From Felis catus (taxonomy: Eukaryota): a stretch of DNA of 64,000 nt. Made by a program: the position numbers and the translations under genes. The DNA lies in assembly GCF_018350175.1 (NCBI RefSeq), contig NC_058381.1:60512001-60576000 (forward strand). Reading direction: 5' to 3'. Shown here one piece after another: positions 44,041-55,200 of this stretch. How positions within the stretch are numbered: the stretch's first letter is position 1; each line of letters opens with the position of its first letter. Under the pieces are notes generated by a model. That model did no database searches. It saw only the letters and a program-made list of their open reading frames with translations, and was not told the DNA's origin.

Positions 44041-47000
44041 GGGGTGGTCCCAGATGACCTTGCTCAGGTCCCTGCCACTCTGCGGGCCTCAGTTTCCCCT
44101 GCAGGCCTAGTGACGTTGGAGGTCTTCCATCGGTGGGCCCGGCATTGTGCCGTCCGAGGGCCCCAGGTTCTGAAGGCCTTAGTGTAGCAAAATGCCGTCA
44201 GGTTACTGCCCTGCTCCCGTGGGTTGATAGAGAGTTTTCCGACATGGAAACTTAACGGTGTGGGTAGTCTGTCTGCAGATAATTGCGTGCATTTCTACGG
44301 CTCTTTGAAGTGCTTAAGGTAGCTGGGAAATCCCCTTATTCGCGTGGACCCTGGAATCTGAGAACCCTGGGTTGGGACCTAGGAGCTAGAACTGCGCTCT
44401 TAACATCAACCTGTATGGTCTGTGTCACTGGCCTGTGCCAGGCTGACAGCTTTGTTTGGGGGGCTAGGCAACAGGTGCCCCGTGTCTGCGCTGTGCGGCT
44501 GATGAGATGCAGCAGCCCTCGAATGGGGGAGGCCCTCGCCGGCGCACCCCTGGATAACGCCCCCAAGGAGTATCCCCCCAAGATCCAGCAGCTGGTCCAG
44601 GACATCGCCAGCCTCACGCTCTTGGAGATCTCAGATCTCAACGAGCTTCTGAAGGTACCACAGGCCCTGGCCTGTGTCTTGTTCCTGGTGTATTTGGGGT
44701 GTGTAGTAAATTGCCCAGAGTGTGCCCTCTGAATGTGAGGATCCTGCCAGGCTGTGTGTTTATCTTGGGTGTGATGGGCAGCTACTGAGATTGCTCTCTC
44801 CCCTCCCTGCAGAAAACCCTGAAGATCCAGGATGTTGGACTCATGCCAATGGGTGGCACAGTGCCTGGTGCTGCCCCTGCTGCAGCAGCCCCAGAGGTGA
44901 GCCCAGGCCAGGGTCCTGTGCAGAAAGGCTCCCGTCTTGCCTCATGTCACATGGCCCGACGCCCAGATTTCTCTCATTGTCCCTTGTCTTGGCCCTGCAT
45001 CAGTCAGCGCGTCCTTCAGACCTGTGTGTGCTGGCTGTGGGCTCCCCTGCGGCCCTGCCAAGGGTGTGCAGGTCCCTGCCCGCATGGAGACCACGTTTTC
45101 GCGGGGGGGATTGACAATGAGTCAAAGGAGAAGAAAATTTTTGTTGAATAGCAGGACTTGAACTTAAGTGCTATGAGAAAAAAGTAGGGAAGAAGCTGAG
45201 GGGAGAGGAGGGTTATGATGTCAAGAAAGGCCCTAAAGCCGAGGAGATGTGAGGATACAGGAGGCAAGCTGCAAGGGGGCTGCACGCGAGAGAGCCATGG
45301 GGGCATGTCAGGGGCTGGAGCGGCGAGGTGGGGAGGCACTGGACAGGCTGGGGTCTCTGTAAGGAAACCAGCAGACTTGAAGCCACATGTGAATTTGTTT
45401 TTTGTTTTCTAGGTTTTTTTGGTTTGGTAGGGCCTGTTGCAATTTTTACAAAAAGTTTCGAAGTTCTATCTGCAACTGCAGATAATGCCCTGTGTATCTG
45501 TCTCCAGTCTCAATAATTAGTAAGGTTTTGATATTTAATTCATTTGTCCTTTGAAGCTTAAGGCAAATTTCTTTTTTTTTTTTTTTGCTTTTTTTTTTTT
45601 CTTAACGTTTATTTATTTTGAGAGACAGAGACAGCACAAGTAGGGGAGGGGCAGAGAGAGAGGGAGACACAGGATCTGAAGCAGGCTCCAGGCTCTGAGC
45701 TGTCAGCACAGAGCCCGACGTGAGGCTCAAACCCACAAACCATGAGATCGTGATCTGAACCGAAGTCAGACACTTAACTGACTGAGCCACCTAGGTGCCC
45801 CTCAGGGCACATTTCTGATCTGTCCTTCTTGGTGCGCTCCAGCCCACTTCTCTAAGAACGCAGGTACTGACGTAGCCAGGAGCCGTTTGTACAACAAATG
45901 TAATTAGCAGTGGTTTTTATCTCAGTCTACTTAGATTTAGCTAATGGTCCCAGACTTTATAACAGTTGGTTTACCCAAATCTATATGAGGTCTGTGAATT
46001 GCATTTGGTCATTGGGTGTCTGAGGTCTGGATCACTGTCCTCGGTCTCCTTTCCCTGGCCATCCATCCCCTACCAAGGAGACCAGGTCAGGGGTCCCGTA
46101 GAGTGCCCTCCCGGGGCCATATGTGTCTGTGGCTCCCCTGGCATCACATCCACTCCCCCACCTGCCACGAAGTGGTAGCTTTACAGACTCATCATGTTCA
46201 GCCTGAACGTTTGGGACAAGGAGAGAGAATTACTCTGAAGTCTGTCATCTAAACTGGGACACCTTGGGGGACGAAGGAACACTGTTAATAATAGGGCAGG
46301 TGCAAAGCAGGACAGCCCCAGGCTGCCGGGCCGCGTGCCCCCTGCTCTCCGCGGTGCTGTATCTTCACATGTGGTGGGAGGGGCTCTGTCAACCCCAGTC
46401 CTCCACTGGTCACCTGGGGACGGCGCAGCTGCAAATGTGTCCATGTGATTTGGGGCTCGCCCGAGGATGGGCCGAGCACTGTTGGTGTCACCCTGACCGG
46501 CCACAAGTGACCGTTTTTAAGGGACGAGGGAACCTGAGCGGGGTCGGGGTGGGGGGAGGTGGTTTCAGAACCGCCTCCGGAGAGATGGCAAGGTTTCCAG
46601 CGACGGAGCAGGTGTCGCTGAGGAGCACATGAGGGAGGGGCCCCGGCGCTGGCGAGGCGGACCGGTTTGTCCTGAGCCCAGCTGCCCGGCGCGGCCTCCC
46701 GCTGGAATTGCGGGCCTTGCTGTGCCATCTTGGCGACTTTGGGGCCACAGGACCGAATGTGCCTGCTTTACCCCATCCTTTCTCTCTCCCTCTCCCAGGA
46801 GGCAGAAGAAGACATCCCCAGACAGAAAGAGCGGACGCATTTCACCGTCCGCCTGACAGAGGCAAAGCCTGTGGACAAAGTGAGGCTGATCAAAGAAATC
46901 AAGAACTACATCCAGGGCATAAACCTCGTCCAGGTGAGCTCTGCGCTGCACAGCCCTTTGGCTGTTGCCGCTAACGTGCTAATGGTACTCAGACCGGCCC

Positions 47001-47178
47001 CTCCTACGGCAGGTTTTTTGGGGGCAACATGGGCCCCATTTCTGACTTTGCTCTCTGGCAGGCAAAGAAGCTGGTGGAGTCCCTGCCCCAGGAGATCAAA
47101 GCCAATGTCTCCAAGGCCGAGGCGGAGAAGATCAAGGCAGCCCTGGAGGCGGTGGGCGGCACCGTGGTTCTAGAATAG
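43771..47178 (+). CDS. MRPL12: Mitochondrial ribosomal protein bL12m, 198 aa; exons 43771-43844, 44468-44654, 44813-44896, 46799-46933, 47062-47178
   Basis: 597 nt in frame. Arg-rich presequence, then [52 protein letters not shown] and [38 protein letters not shown]. Confidence 0.97.
45570..45801 (-). mobile_element. Can-SINE in MRPL12 intron 3
   Basis: T tract, (GA)n, typical core and head. Confidence 0.9.
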
Positions 47179-47412
47179 GCCAGCTCTGAGGACTGGTGGA
47201 CTGGGGTCCCTGGGACCTGACCTGGGGGAGGCCCCCTCCTGCTCCAGCCCTGGCATCCGGGACCCGTGGTGGGAGCGGCTTCAGGGCAGAGCTCTGGCAC
47301 TGGCTCTGCCATCTCTGCTCCGGGACAGACAAGGGACATGCTGAGACGGTGGGGGGGCAGCTCCTGTGTGAGCACCGGGGAGATGAACTCTGGAACATAC
47401 CAGAGGCAACAC

Positions 47413-47430
47413 GCGCCCCCTGGTGGCCAC
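47413..47430 (-). promoter_or_regulatory. Consensus CTCF motif (GTGGCCACCAGGGGGCGC on minus strand) in the MRPL12 3' UTR
   Basis: Exact match to the CTCF core consensus. Confidence 0.75.
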
Positions 47431-47437
47431 TGAGAAA

Positions 47438-47443
47438 AATACA
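47438..47443 (+). terminator. Variant polyadenylation signal AATACA, likely MRPL12
   Basis: Only PAS-like hexamer I found near the stop; followed by GT-rich sequence. Confidence 0.5.
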
Positions 47444-49071
47444 TTGTTCGGGCGCCGTGTGTGCAGTGGTGTGTCTGGGTCAGCGGCCAGTGGGCGGTGC
47501 AGGCTGGCTTGGAGCTCCTGCCCGCCAGGGAGGCCGCCCGGGGTGGCAGGGCTCGCTCCCTGCGGGGCACGTGGGGGTCGGCCAGCATTCCTTGTGTCTT
47601 CTCTGTGCAGGGGCCTGACCTCGGAGGTCCGGCAGCAGCGCACGGAGTGGGGGACGGGGGGGTTGGGGCAGCACCCAGCTTGCCTGAGTGGTGGCAGCTG
47701 CCGCGAGGCTGATGTCAGATCGTGACCTGGGAGGTGGGCGTGGGGCACCAGTGCTGGTCTTCGGCAGGAAGCGTAGCACTGGCCTACAGACAGGCAGGAG
47801 GTGAGGCGTGTACCTGAGAACGGCCAGCCCCCGTGTCCCCTCCCTGGCCATGCTGGAAGAGTGGTCTGCAAGGACAGGGCTGCGGGCCCAGAAGGAGATG
47901 TTGCATCTGGGAGTGCCGGGCTCTGGGTACCCTGAGGACAGGTCTGGGGAGCTGGCATGTGCCCAGGTGGGCATGCCCAGCACCCGGATGCCACCTGTGG
48001 GCCCTCCCAGAGAACCCTGCTGGACCTCCTTGTAAGAAGGCTGCTCCCTGACCCAGAGACCCCACCGGCCAAACCTGTGGCCCGCACAGTCCCAGGGAGT
48101 TAATGATTCACCATCAGCAGGTCTCTGGGCGTGCCTTCCCTCAGCAGAGGTGACTCCTGGGCCACCTGAGGCGGGTATGACCGGTTGGGTATCCTGCTGG
48201 CCCAACTGCCCTTCCCAGGGGAAGGGAGGATCTAAAGTCAGGGATAGCCTTCAGCCTCAGCCTCGCACTGGTGGCCCGAGTCTGTGTGTGCTCTGAGCCC
48301 CTTTGTCTTTCCAAGGGACTTGTGGGTGATGATTAGGACTCTCCTCCCCTCCCCTCTTCCTGGGATGATGACACCCTCGCTGCGTCCTGGACGTGCTGGG
48401 GCTGACTGCTCAAAAGCGCAGTTGACCGTGTGCCTCAGGCCATACTCATTTTGCTTCCCTGATGCTGAGTGTCACCTGGTGCCCCCCACCTGACCTTACA
48501 GTCCCTCATGGTCCTGCCCCCACCCCACCCACCCCACCCCAGCTGTGGTCTCCACCTGCTGTGGTGCAGTTGGCCAAGTGTCTCAGACCTGGCAGTAGAT
48601 GGGGTGTGCCCTGGGTCCCCGGAGGCCACTTGGCCTTGGCCCGTGGGCTCGACACCAGGAGGTAGGTCTACGCATCCTGCGTTGGCTTGATGTTACTAGC
48701 ACAGAACCTTGCGAGGTCCCGTCAGATCCTGGTAGGAATCCGCGTACTGCGTCTTCGTCCAGGCTGGTGAAATGGTCACAGAGGACCTGGCAGGGGGAGA
48801 TCTGAAGCTGACCCCTGGCTCCTGCCCGTTCCAGGAACCCTGGTGTCCACCTGGCCCCCGCGTGGTGCCATCCTAGCTCCCTAAGTGCCATGCAGGAGCG
48901 CTCAGGAACGGACGTCCTCCAGAGGCGTGGCCGGCAGCCTTGTTCTCGAGACCTCACCTGACCTCTGCATCTCAGAGCCCCTTGGATTTATGCAGAAGTC
49001 TTCATGACCCATTTGAGAACTTGGCTGGGGATCTTTTTGAGTCCCCCCTGACCTGCAGCTTGCAAAGTCCC

Positions 49072-49716
49072 ACCTTTTTCCTTTTTTGGTTGCCAAATGA
49101 TCCTTCACGGAAGTATTTTCCTTCGTAGTTCTTAGCTAGTGGGGCATCCCACTGCGCCGCTGTCGATGTCCTCTGTGGTGCCCTGAGGGTGGTAGCCATT
49201 GGTGTTGCAGCCCACAGACCGGGCCATCCCCAGGAGGTCTTTAATGGTTCCAGAGAGTTCTCTGGCTAAAGATCAGTGGCGCATCTGTCAGGCAACGTTG
49301 ACACTCTCATCAAAAGCGACATTGCCGCTGTGCTTAGTATTTTTCTGCTTCTTTCTGTCTCCGCGGTTCCTTGAGGGCTTTGATGAGCAGGACAGAGGTG
49401 GAAGGTACCACTTCAATCTGGGCCTGTCCCGAATGGTCAGTTTCACTGTAACCCCCAGACCCTTCCAGTCACTGGCTGCCTTGGCGATGTCATCACCAAC
49501 CTACCTTGGAGACAGGCCAGTAGGGCTGAGCTTCGGGGCCAGGGCGGATGTAGCCCCGACTCCCCCACTGGTGCGCCTCAGGTCCACGAGTTTGATTTCG
49601 TCTTGTTCGGGGTGGAACTTAGGCGGAAGGGTGGAGGCGGCCGCTGCCGGAGGAACTCGGACTGGGGACTGCTGAAGACAGTAGCACCTTCGCGCCCCTG
49701 AGCAGAAAGCCAAAAG
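49072..49716 (-). pseudogene. RPL12: Full-length processed pseudogene of cytosolic ribosomal protein L12 (uL11)
   Basis: Intronless. Pyrimidine-rich 5' UTR start, ATG changed to CTT (49627-49629), PPKF...[12 protein letters not shown], premature TAG at 49501-49503, later GDDIAKA and KHSGN segments, CPTS* at 49132, 3' UTR and decayed poly(A). Confidence 0.92.
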
Positions 49717-50364
49717 CTAGACCCCTTATTTCTTAAGAGGGCACCCCACACTCCACGCACTTACCATTTTCCAGGATTCCTCCGCACTTCTGGGGCTTCT
49801 CCCGTTCTAGGCGGGGCTTCGCGGATCGCTCGTGCTGTGTCTCATGTTCTGGGAGGCCCACCATCTGTACACAGCAAGCGCTGGCCCCTTGGCCCCTCAC
49901 CTTCTGGGCTGCCAGCTCCATGCCACTGACGTGTTTGCTTAGTCAGGAGATGATAACACTGCCCTCGGGTGATCCAGGATTCCAACCTCTCAATGTATCC
50001 TGAATGAGACCGGTGCAGGGGCAGGTTTTGTGCTGGCCTGGGTCTCAGAGAGGGAGCGGGCTCAAAGGTGCTCCTACTTCCCATAGGACCGTGGACAAGG
50101 AGGCCCCTTCTCTGCAGCCTACCAGTTCCATCTGGTAGCCCTGTTTTTTTTTTTTTTTAAACAAAGGGCCAGCTCAGCTGTGAAAGCCATCTCGCTGTTC
50201 GGTCACACATTTTCACATTTCCTTACGGAGCTGTGTCTCTCATCCTCTCTGGTTTCTTTTCTTTCTTTCTCTTTGATGGAATTGTTTCTCCTGATTTAAT
50301 TGTCAGATTGTAATAAACAATCTGTTTGTTTATTACAAACAGATTGTATAGAAATACAATTGAA

Positions 50365-50464
50365 TTTTTGTTTAAGTAAGCTCTATGCGCAACGTGGGGC
50401 TTGAACTCACGACCCTGAGATCAAGAGTCACATGCTCTTCCGCCTGAGCCAGCCAGGCGCCCCC
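50365..50464 (-). mobile_element. Short Can-SINE
   Basis: GGGGCTTGAACTCACGACCCTGAGATCAAGAGTC...CAGCCAGGCGCCCC. Confidence 0.85.
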
Positions 50465-51379
50465 TCTCTGGTTTCTTCTGGAGAACTGCTGTGACCCTTC
50501 CAACCCTTCCCTTCCGGCTCCGGGTCCCACTGGCCTGTGTTTTCATCCAGATGCAGCTCCCGTCTCTCCCCCTCCCCCCCCTTAAGAAAAAGCCGGATGT
50601 CTGTGTGGCCAACGCTCCCTCCACCTCCCCAGTCCACAGCATTTCTGGGCTATTCACTTCCCCAGATGATGACCTCAGGGTCAGAAGCCTCCTAGCCTTC
50701 TGGAGGGCAGTCTCCTTAGTCTTCAGGTGGCCACTTGAAGCAAATAGGTTTGCTGGCCCATCTTACGTCTCTGACACAGCGAGATAACTGCTGGGCGCTC
50801 AGAGGCCAGCTGGACTTGTTATTCAGGGTTCTCAGCAGGTGCGGAGAACCCCTGGGTCCATGTGGCCCCAGGGATTCCAATTTCCATCTTGCCCAGCAGG
50901 TGTGTCTTTGTCCAGCACTTGCACCTGCTGTTTGCTGGATGGTGAGGTGAGAGTGGGAACGTGTGCACAGGTGTGTTTCTCATGGGGACAGGCAGCCGGC
51001 CTCCTGATTGCCACTTCCCAGGAGCCTGAACCCCCGTGGCTCAGAACTTTGTCCCCTTGTCCTCCTCCGGGATGGCTGCCTGGGGCTGTCTGGTCACAGC
51101 AGACCTGAGGCTGGCCTTGGCTGGGAGCTCCGGAGAGTGGATTGTCTTCTGCCCCTAGTTTTCATGTAATTCGCAGGTTGGCTCCAAGAAGGTTTTGTGC
51201 CACCTCTTTTGGGTGCACGTGTCCCAGGGCTGACCCCAGGGCCTGTGTGGCTGCCTTGGGACACAGGGTGCAAGGTCAGGGCCTCGGCTGGGGCGGGGTG
51301 TTTGCAGGAGGCCGGGCTCCGGGAGTGGCGGGTACTGGCCGAGCGCAGAGGCCACTCCTCAGCCGTGACCTTCGGAGAC

Positions 51380-52200
51380 CTGCCCTAGGCGTGAGGGTGG
51401 CCCTGGGGGAGCTGGAGCAGGGCGGGGGAAGGACGCCCGGTCCTCGGGGAGAGTGGAGCAGCCCACTCAGCAAGCTCCCGGGGGTCCGCGCGGCCGCGCC
51501 CGTTCCCCTTCCCTCTCCCGCCGCCTGCTGCACACGGGGGGGCGGCTCGGAGGAGCCCTTTCCGCTGGCCAGCCGGAGCGCGGCCTCTTTAAGGCGCGGG
51601 GCCCGCCCCCCGGCTCGAGGCGGGGTCGCGGTGGCCCCGCCCCCAGAAGTGGTCCCGCCCCCAGGGCCGCGCGGGCGCATTGGCTGCGCGGCGCGCGGGT
51701 GGCGAACGGTGCTTTGAACTCGGAGCGGACGGCTACGCGGGCCGGGGTCCCGGACTGGGGTCGGGGTCCGATCGGGGCCTGGGCCTGAGCCGGGGTCTGG
51801 GCGGCGCGAACCGGGGCCGGCAGCCGGCGCTCCTGGGCGTCCGCGGCGCGAGCCATGGCGGCCGAGGCGCGCGTGTCGCGCTGGTACTTCGGGGGGCTGG
51901 CCTCGTGCGGGGCCGCCTGCTGCACGCACCCGCTGGACCTGCTCAAGGTGAGGTTGGCGCGGGCCGGGCGGGGGCGGGCGACGAGCGCTACGGGCCGGGG
52001 CGGTGGGGATGGGGGTGGGGCGAGGGGGCCCGCCCAAGCTCTGGGCGCCGACCAGCCTGGCGCTGCACTGCCCGGGAGGGCCTCGGACTTGGGTCGGCCT
52101 TGGCGCCGGGCCTGAGGGGCATCGGTTCACCGCCCCCGCCGGGAGATCCTGCCCACTCCCGGATGGAGGCGCCCCGTTGTAGCTCACGGGCCGCGGTTCC
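51380..52200. promoter_or_regulatory. CpG island / SLC25A10 promoter with reverse CCAAT and GC boxes
   Basis: CpG-dense region around exon 1. Confidence 0.75.
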
Positions 52201-55200
52201 CCCATACTACCTGTGTGACCTTGGGCTAGTCACTTGGCCTCTCTGAGCCAGTTTCCACCCCTCACTTTTGAGCACAGTTCTTCTGCCTGGTTGCAAGTTG
52301 AGGGGGTGGTTCTGTGAGGCGCACAGAAGTTGGCATCTAGAGACGAGCCAGGGCTCCAGCACACCCAGGGCCCAGGTGGCCTCCCTGCCTGGTGGGGACC
52401 CAGCACACAGTGAGGGAGTGCGGACTGCAGGTGGCTGCTTCCTCCTGGACCGGGTGGGCACCTGGAAGCCAGGGACCCTGCGCCCACGCAGGTCCTGCCC
52501 TGTGAGGGTGAGCAAGAAGTATTCATGCTCACTTTACTTCTTTTAGAAAATACGCTTATGGGGCAGTACAAGACAGAAGTTCTGTTGTCTCCCAGAGCCG
52601 GCGGGGGGTGTTTTCTGCCCCTTTCTCCCTACAAAGAACAAAGAAGAAAGGGCCAGTGATGCAAAGCATAGCCTGCCCAGGAGGCCCTGCCCCGGGGGAA
52701 CCTGGACTGGGGTCACATGGACCCATGGGCAAGGGACAGCAGCCCAGCCACCTCCTTCCCTGCCCCCACCCAGAGCAGCCTGATCCCCACACTGACCCTC
52801 TGGGAGGGACTGGCACGGGGGCCCTGTTGACCCAAACCTCAGCCTCACTTGCAGCCCTGCCAGGCCCCCACGCTATCGTCCCCCTAAGGTATTTTCCTTC
52901 CAGCGACTTTTCTGCTGAATGGAGGAAATTGACTTCTCTAGTAAAAATGCACCCCCTCCCCAGTCAAGGCAGCATTAGCAGATGGGGAGGGGGGCTGAGA
53001 AGCTGGTGGCCCCTGGGCTTCTCCTGGGAGAGGCCTGCATGGCTCCTGGTAGTCCCCAGGGCCTTAGCGCTGCCAGAGGAGCAGGGCCAAGTCAAGGCTG
53101 CTCTGACCCCCAGAGAGAGGGGAGGCAAGGTCCCCTCCTTGTGTTTAGTTTTGCTTTCCCCATGTCCCCTCCCCCGTCCCCACCGTGGGGCCCTGGAGGG
53201 TTAGGCTCTCATCCAATGGTGAGTGGACACAGCTCCCAGGGGTCCTTGGAGCCCTCACGGGCAGCCTGCAGTCATTTGTACCTGTCCACAGGCCCCGTGC
53301 CTGCCCCCCAGGTGCTGTTTTGCCACAGAATCCTGCAGGGGGAGGAGGTCGAGAGAGGCAGACAGCCACAGGACCGGGGCCACTGTTTGGCCTCTGCTGG
53401 GGAGCAGCAGGCAGTGTGGACAGCCACGGAGGCCAGCCTCAAGGGGAGGCCCTGGCTGAGGCTGTTGCCTCTTGGCCCTGTAGTCACTGGAAAAATTATT
53501 TTATAGCTCGTTGATCTCTCCCTTTGCCCCTGTGCCCTGGCTCAGTCCTCAAGGCTGCTTCTCGCCTGGACGAGGGCTGCTTCCTGCATGGCCACCTTGT
53601 CCCCAGGCCCAGTGCCCTCTGTCCTATCCAGCTCGGCTGATGTGGCTGTGCTGAGCACGAAGCCCTCTCCACCCCAACCCACCTTTGCCCCACCACCAGA
53701 GCCCCTGGGCAGCGACAGAGTGGGAAGGGAAGGGTCCGTCCACTGAGCTACTTAGTGCTCACAGCACACCGAGGAAACTGAAGCAGGAGGGTCGGTAACC
53801 TGCCCAGCAGGCCCAGCCAGAACATCACTGAGGCTGGACAGACTCCAGGGTGGCCGTGCCCTGGCCCTCCCAGAAGTGTCTCCCCTTCTCCCCCGCTGAA
53901 CTCCCACCACCTCTTCCCAGCCCACCGGGACTGTCTCTGAGTCCCCATGACTCTTGGTCCCTCTTGAGAAGGGGCATAGCTAAGAAACGGGGCCCTGCAG
54001 TCACCTGGTGGGTGTCTGCCTGGTGCCTCGGTGTCCTCATCTGTAAAGTGGGACTGCCAACCGCCATCCCAGTGGCAGGTGCCATGAGGACTCAGACACA
54101 TATGTGGAGTATTTCTCACGGGCCTGGCGGGCTCGCGTGTCAGCTGGTATTGTCCCTTGTCGATGAAGAGTGTGGGATCGAGGCTGGGGCCAGGTGTGGG
54201 CGTGGCGTCCCATCTCTACACCCCAGCTGGATGCCCTTAGGACACCTCTCTGCCTCCTCGTGCCTCAGTTTCCCGCCTCTAAACTGGGGTGCTGGTAATA
54301 GTCGGCCCGTGGGGTCTTCATGAGGACGTAAAGTGGTAGATGGTGGGAAAGGGCTCAGAGCAGAGCCGACCTGGGTGGGCCCTGGGGCAGGGGCCCTGTT
54401 CTGAGCAGGTGTGACCCCGACAGGTACATCTGCAGACGCAGCAGGAGGTGAAGCTGCGCATGACGGGCATGGCGCTGCAGGTGGTGCGCTCCGACGGCGT
54501 CCTGGCGCTCTACAACGGCCTCAGCGCCTCCCTGTGCAGACAGGTGCCCCTGGGGGCCCCCCTCCCAGGACACCGGGTGGGCAGGACGCATGGCCGGGGC
54601 ACTTCCGCCTCCCGGCCAGGGGCTTCCTTAGGTCCCGGCCCCAGAGCCCAGGCAGGTTGAAGGGAAGGCTGGCGCCCCCCCAGGCCTGGACTCAGACGCA
54701 GCCACGCCTCCTCGCCATGGGTGCCCCGTGGGCCCGGAAGTGACTTCTCCTCCTCTTCACGGTGGTTAGGACAAAGGAACCACGGGGCCCAGGGACGGCA
54801 ACTCCCAGATGGCACAGGGTGCCGTGGGATCGGGTGTGCTCTGCCTCCTACGGGGCTCAAGACCCTCCTTTACAGGTGGGGAAGCTGAGCCCAGGGAGGG
54901 AAAGAGAGAGGAAAGGGCAGGACTCTGGACTCCGCCAGCCCCAGATTTGCACACTGTCTCAGCCACTTGCTGACCGTGTGGCTTCGAGAGAGTCCCTATA
55001 TCCCCATGGCCCATTTGGTGATGACTGTGCACCGGCGGGGGCGGGGGCTGGAAGGGGGAGGCCCGACAGGTGTCAGACAGACATGCCCAGCAGGGTCCCT
55101 CCACCTGCGCCCTCTGAGCTGGGCCCCTTTTCCCCAGATGACTTACTCCCTGACTCGCTTTGCCATCTATGAGTCTGTGCGGGACCACGTGACCACGGGC

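Noticed and set aside
51706-51722. DR1-like nuclear receptor site in the SLC25A10 promoter
   Set aside because: Only one good half-site; too weak to support without binding data.
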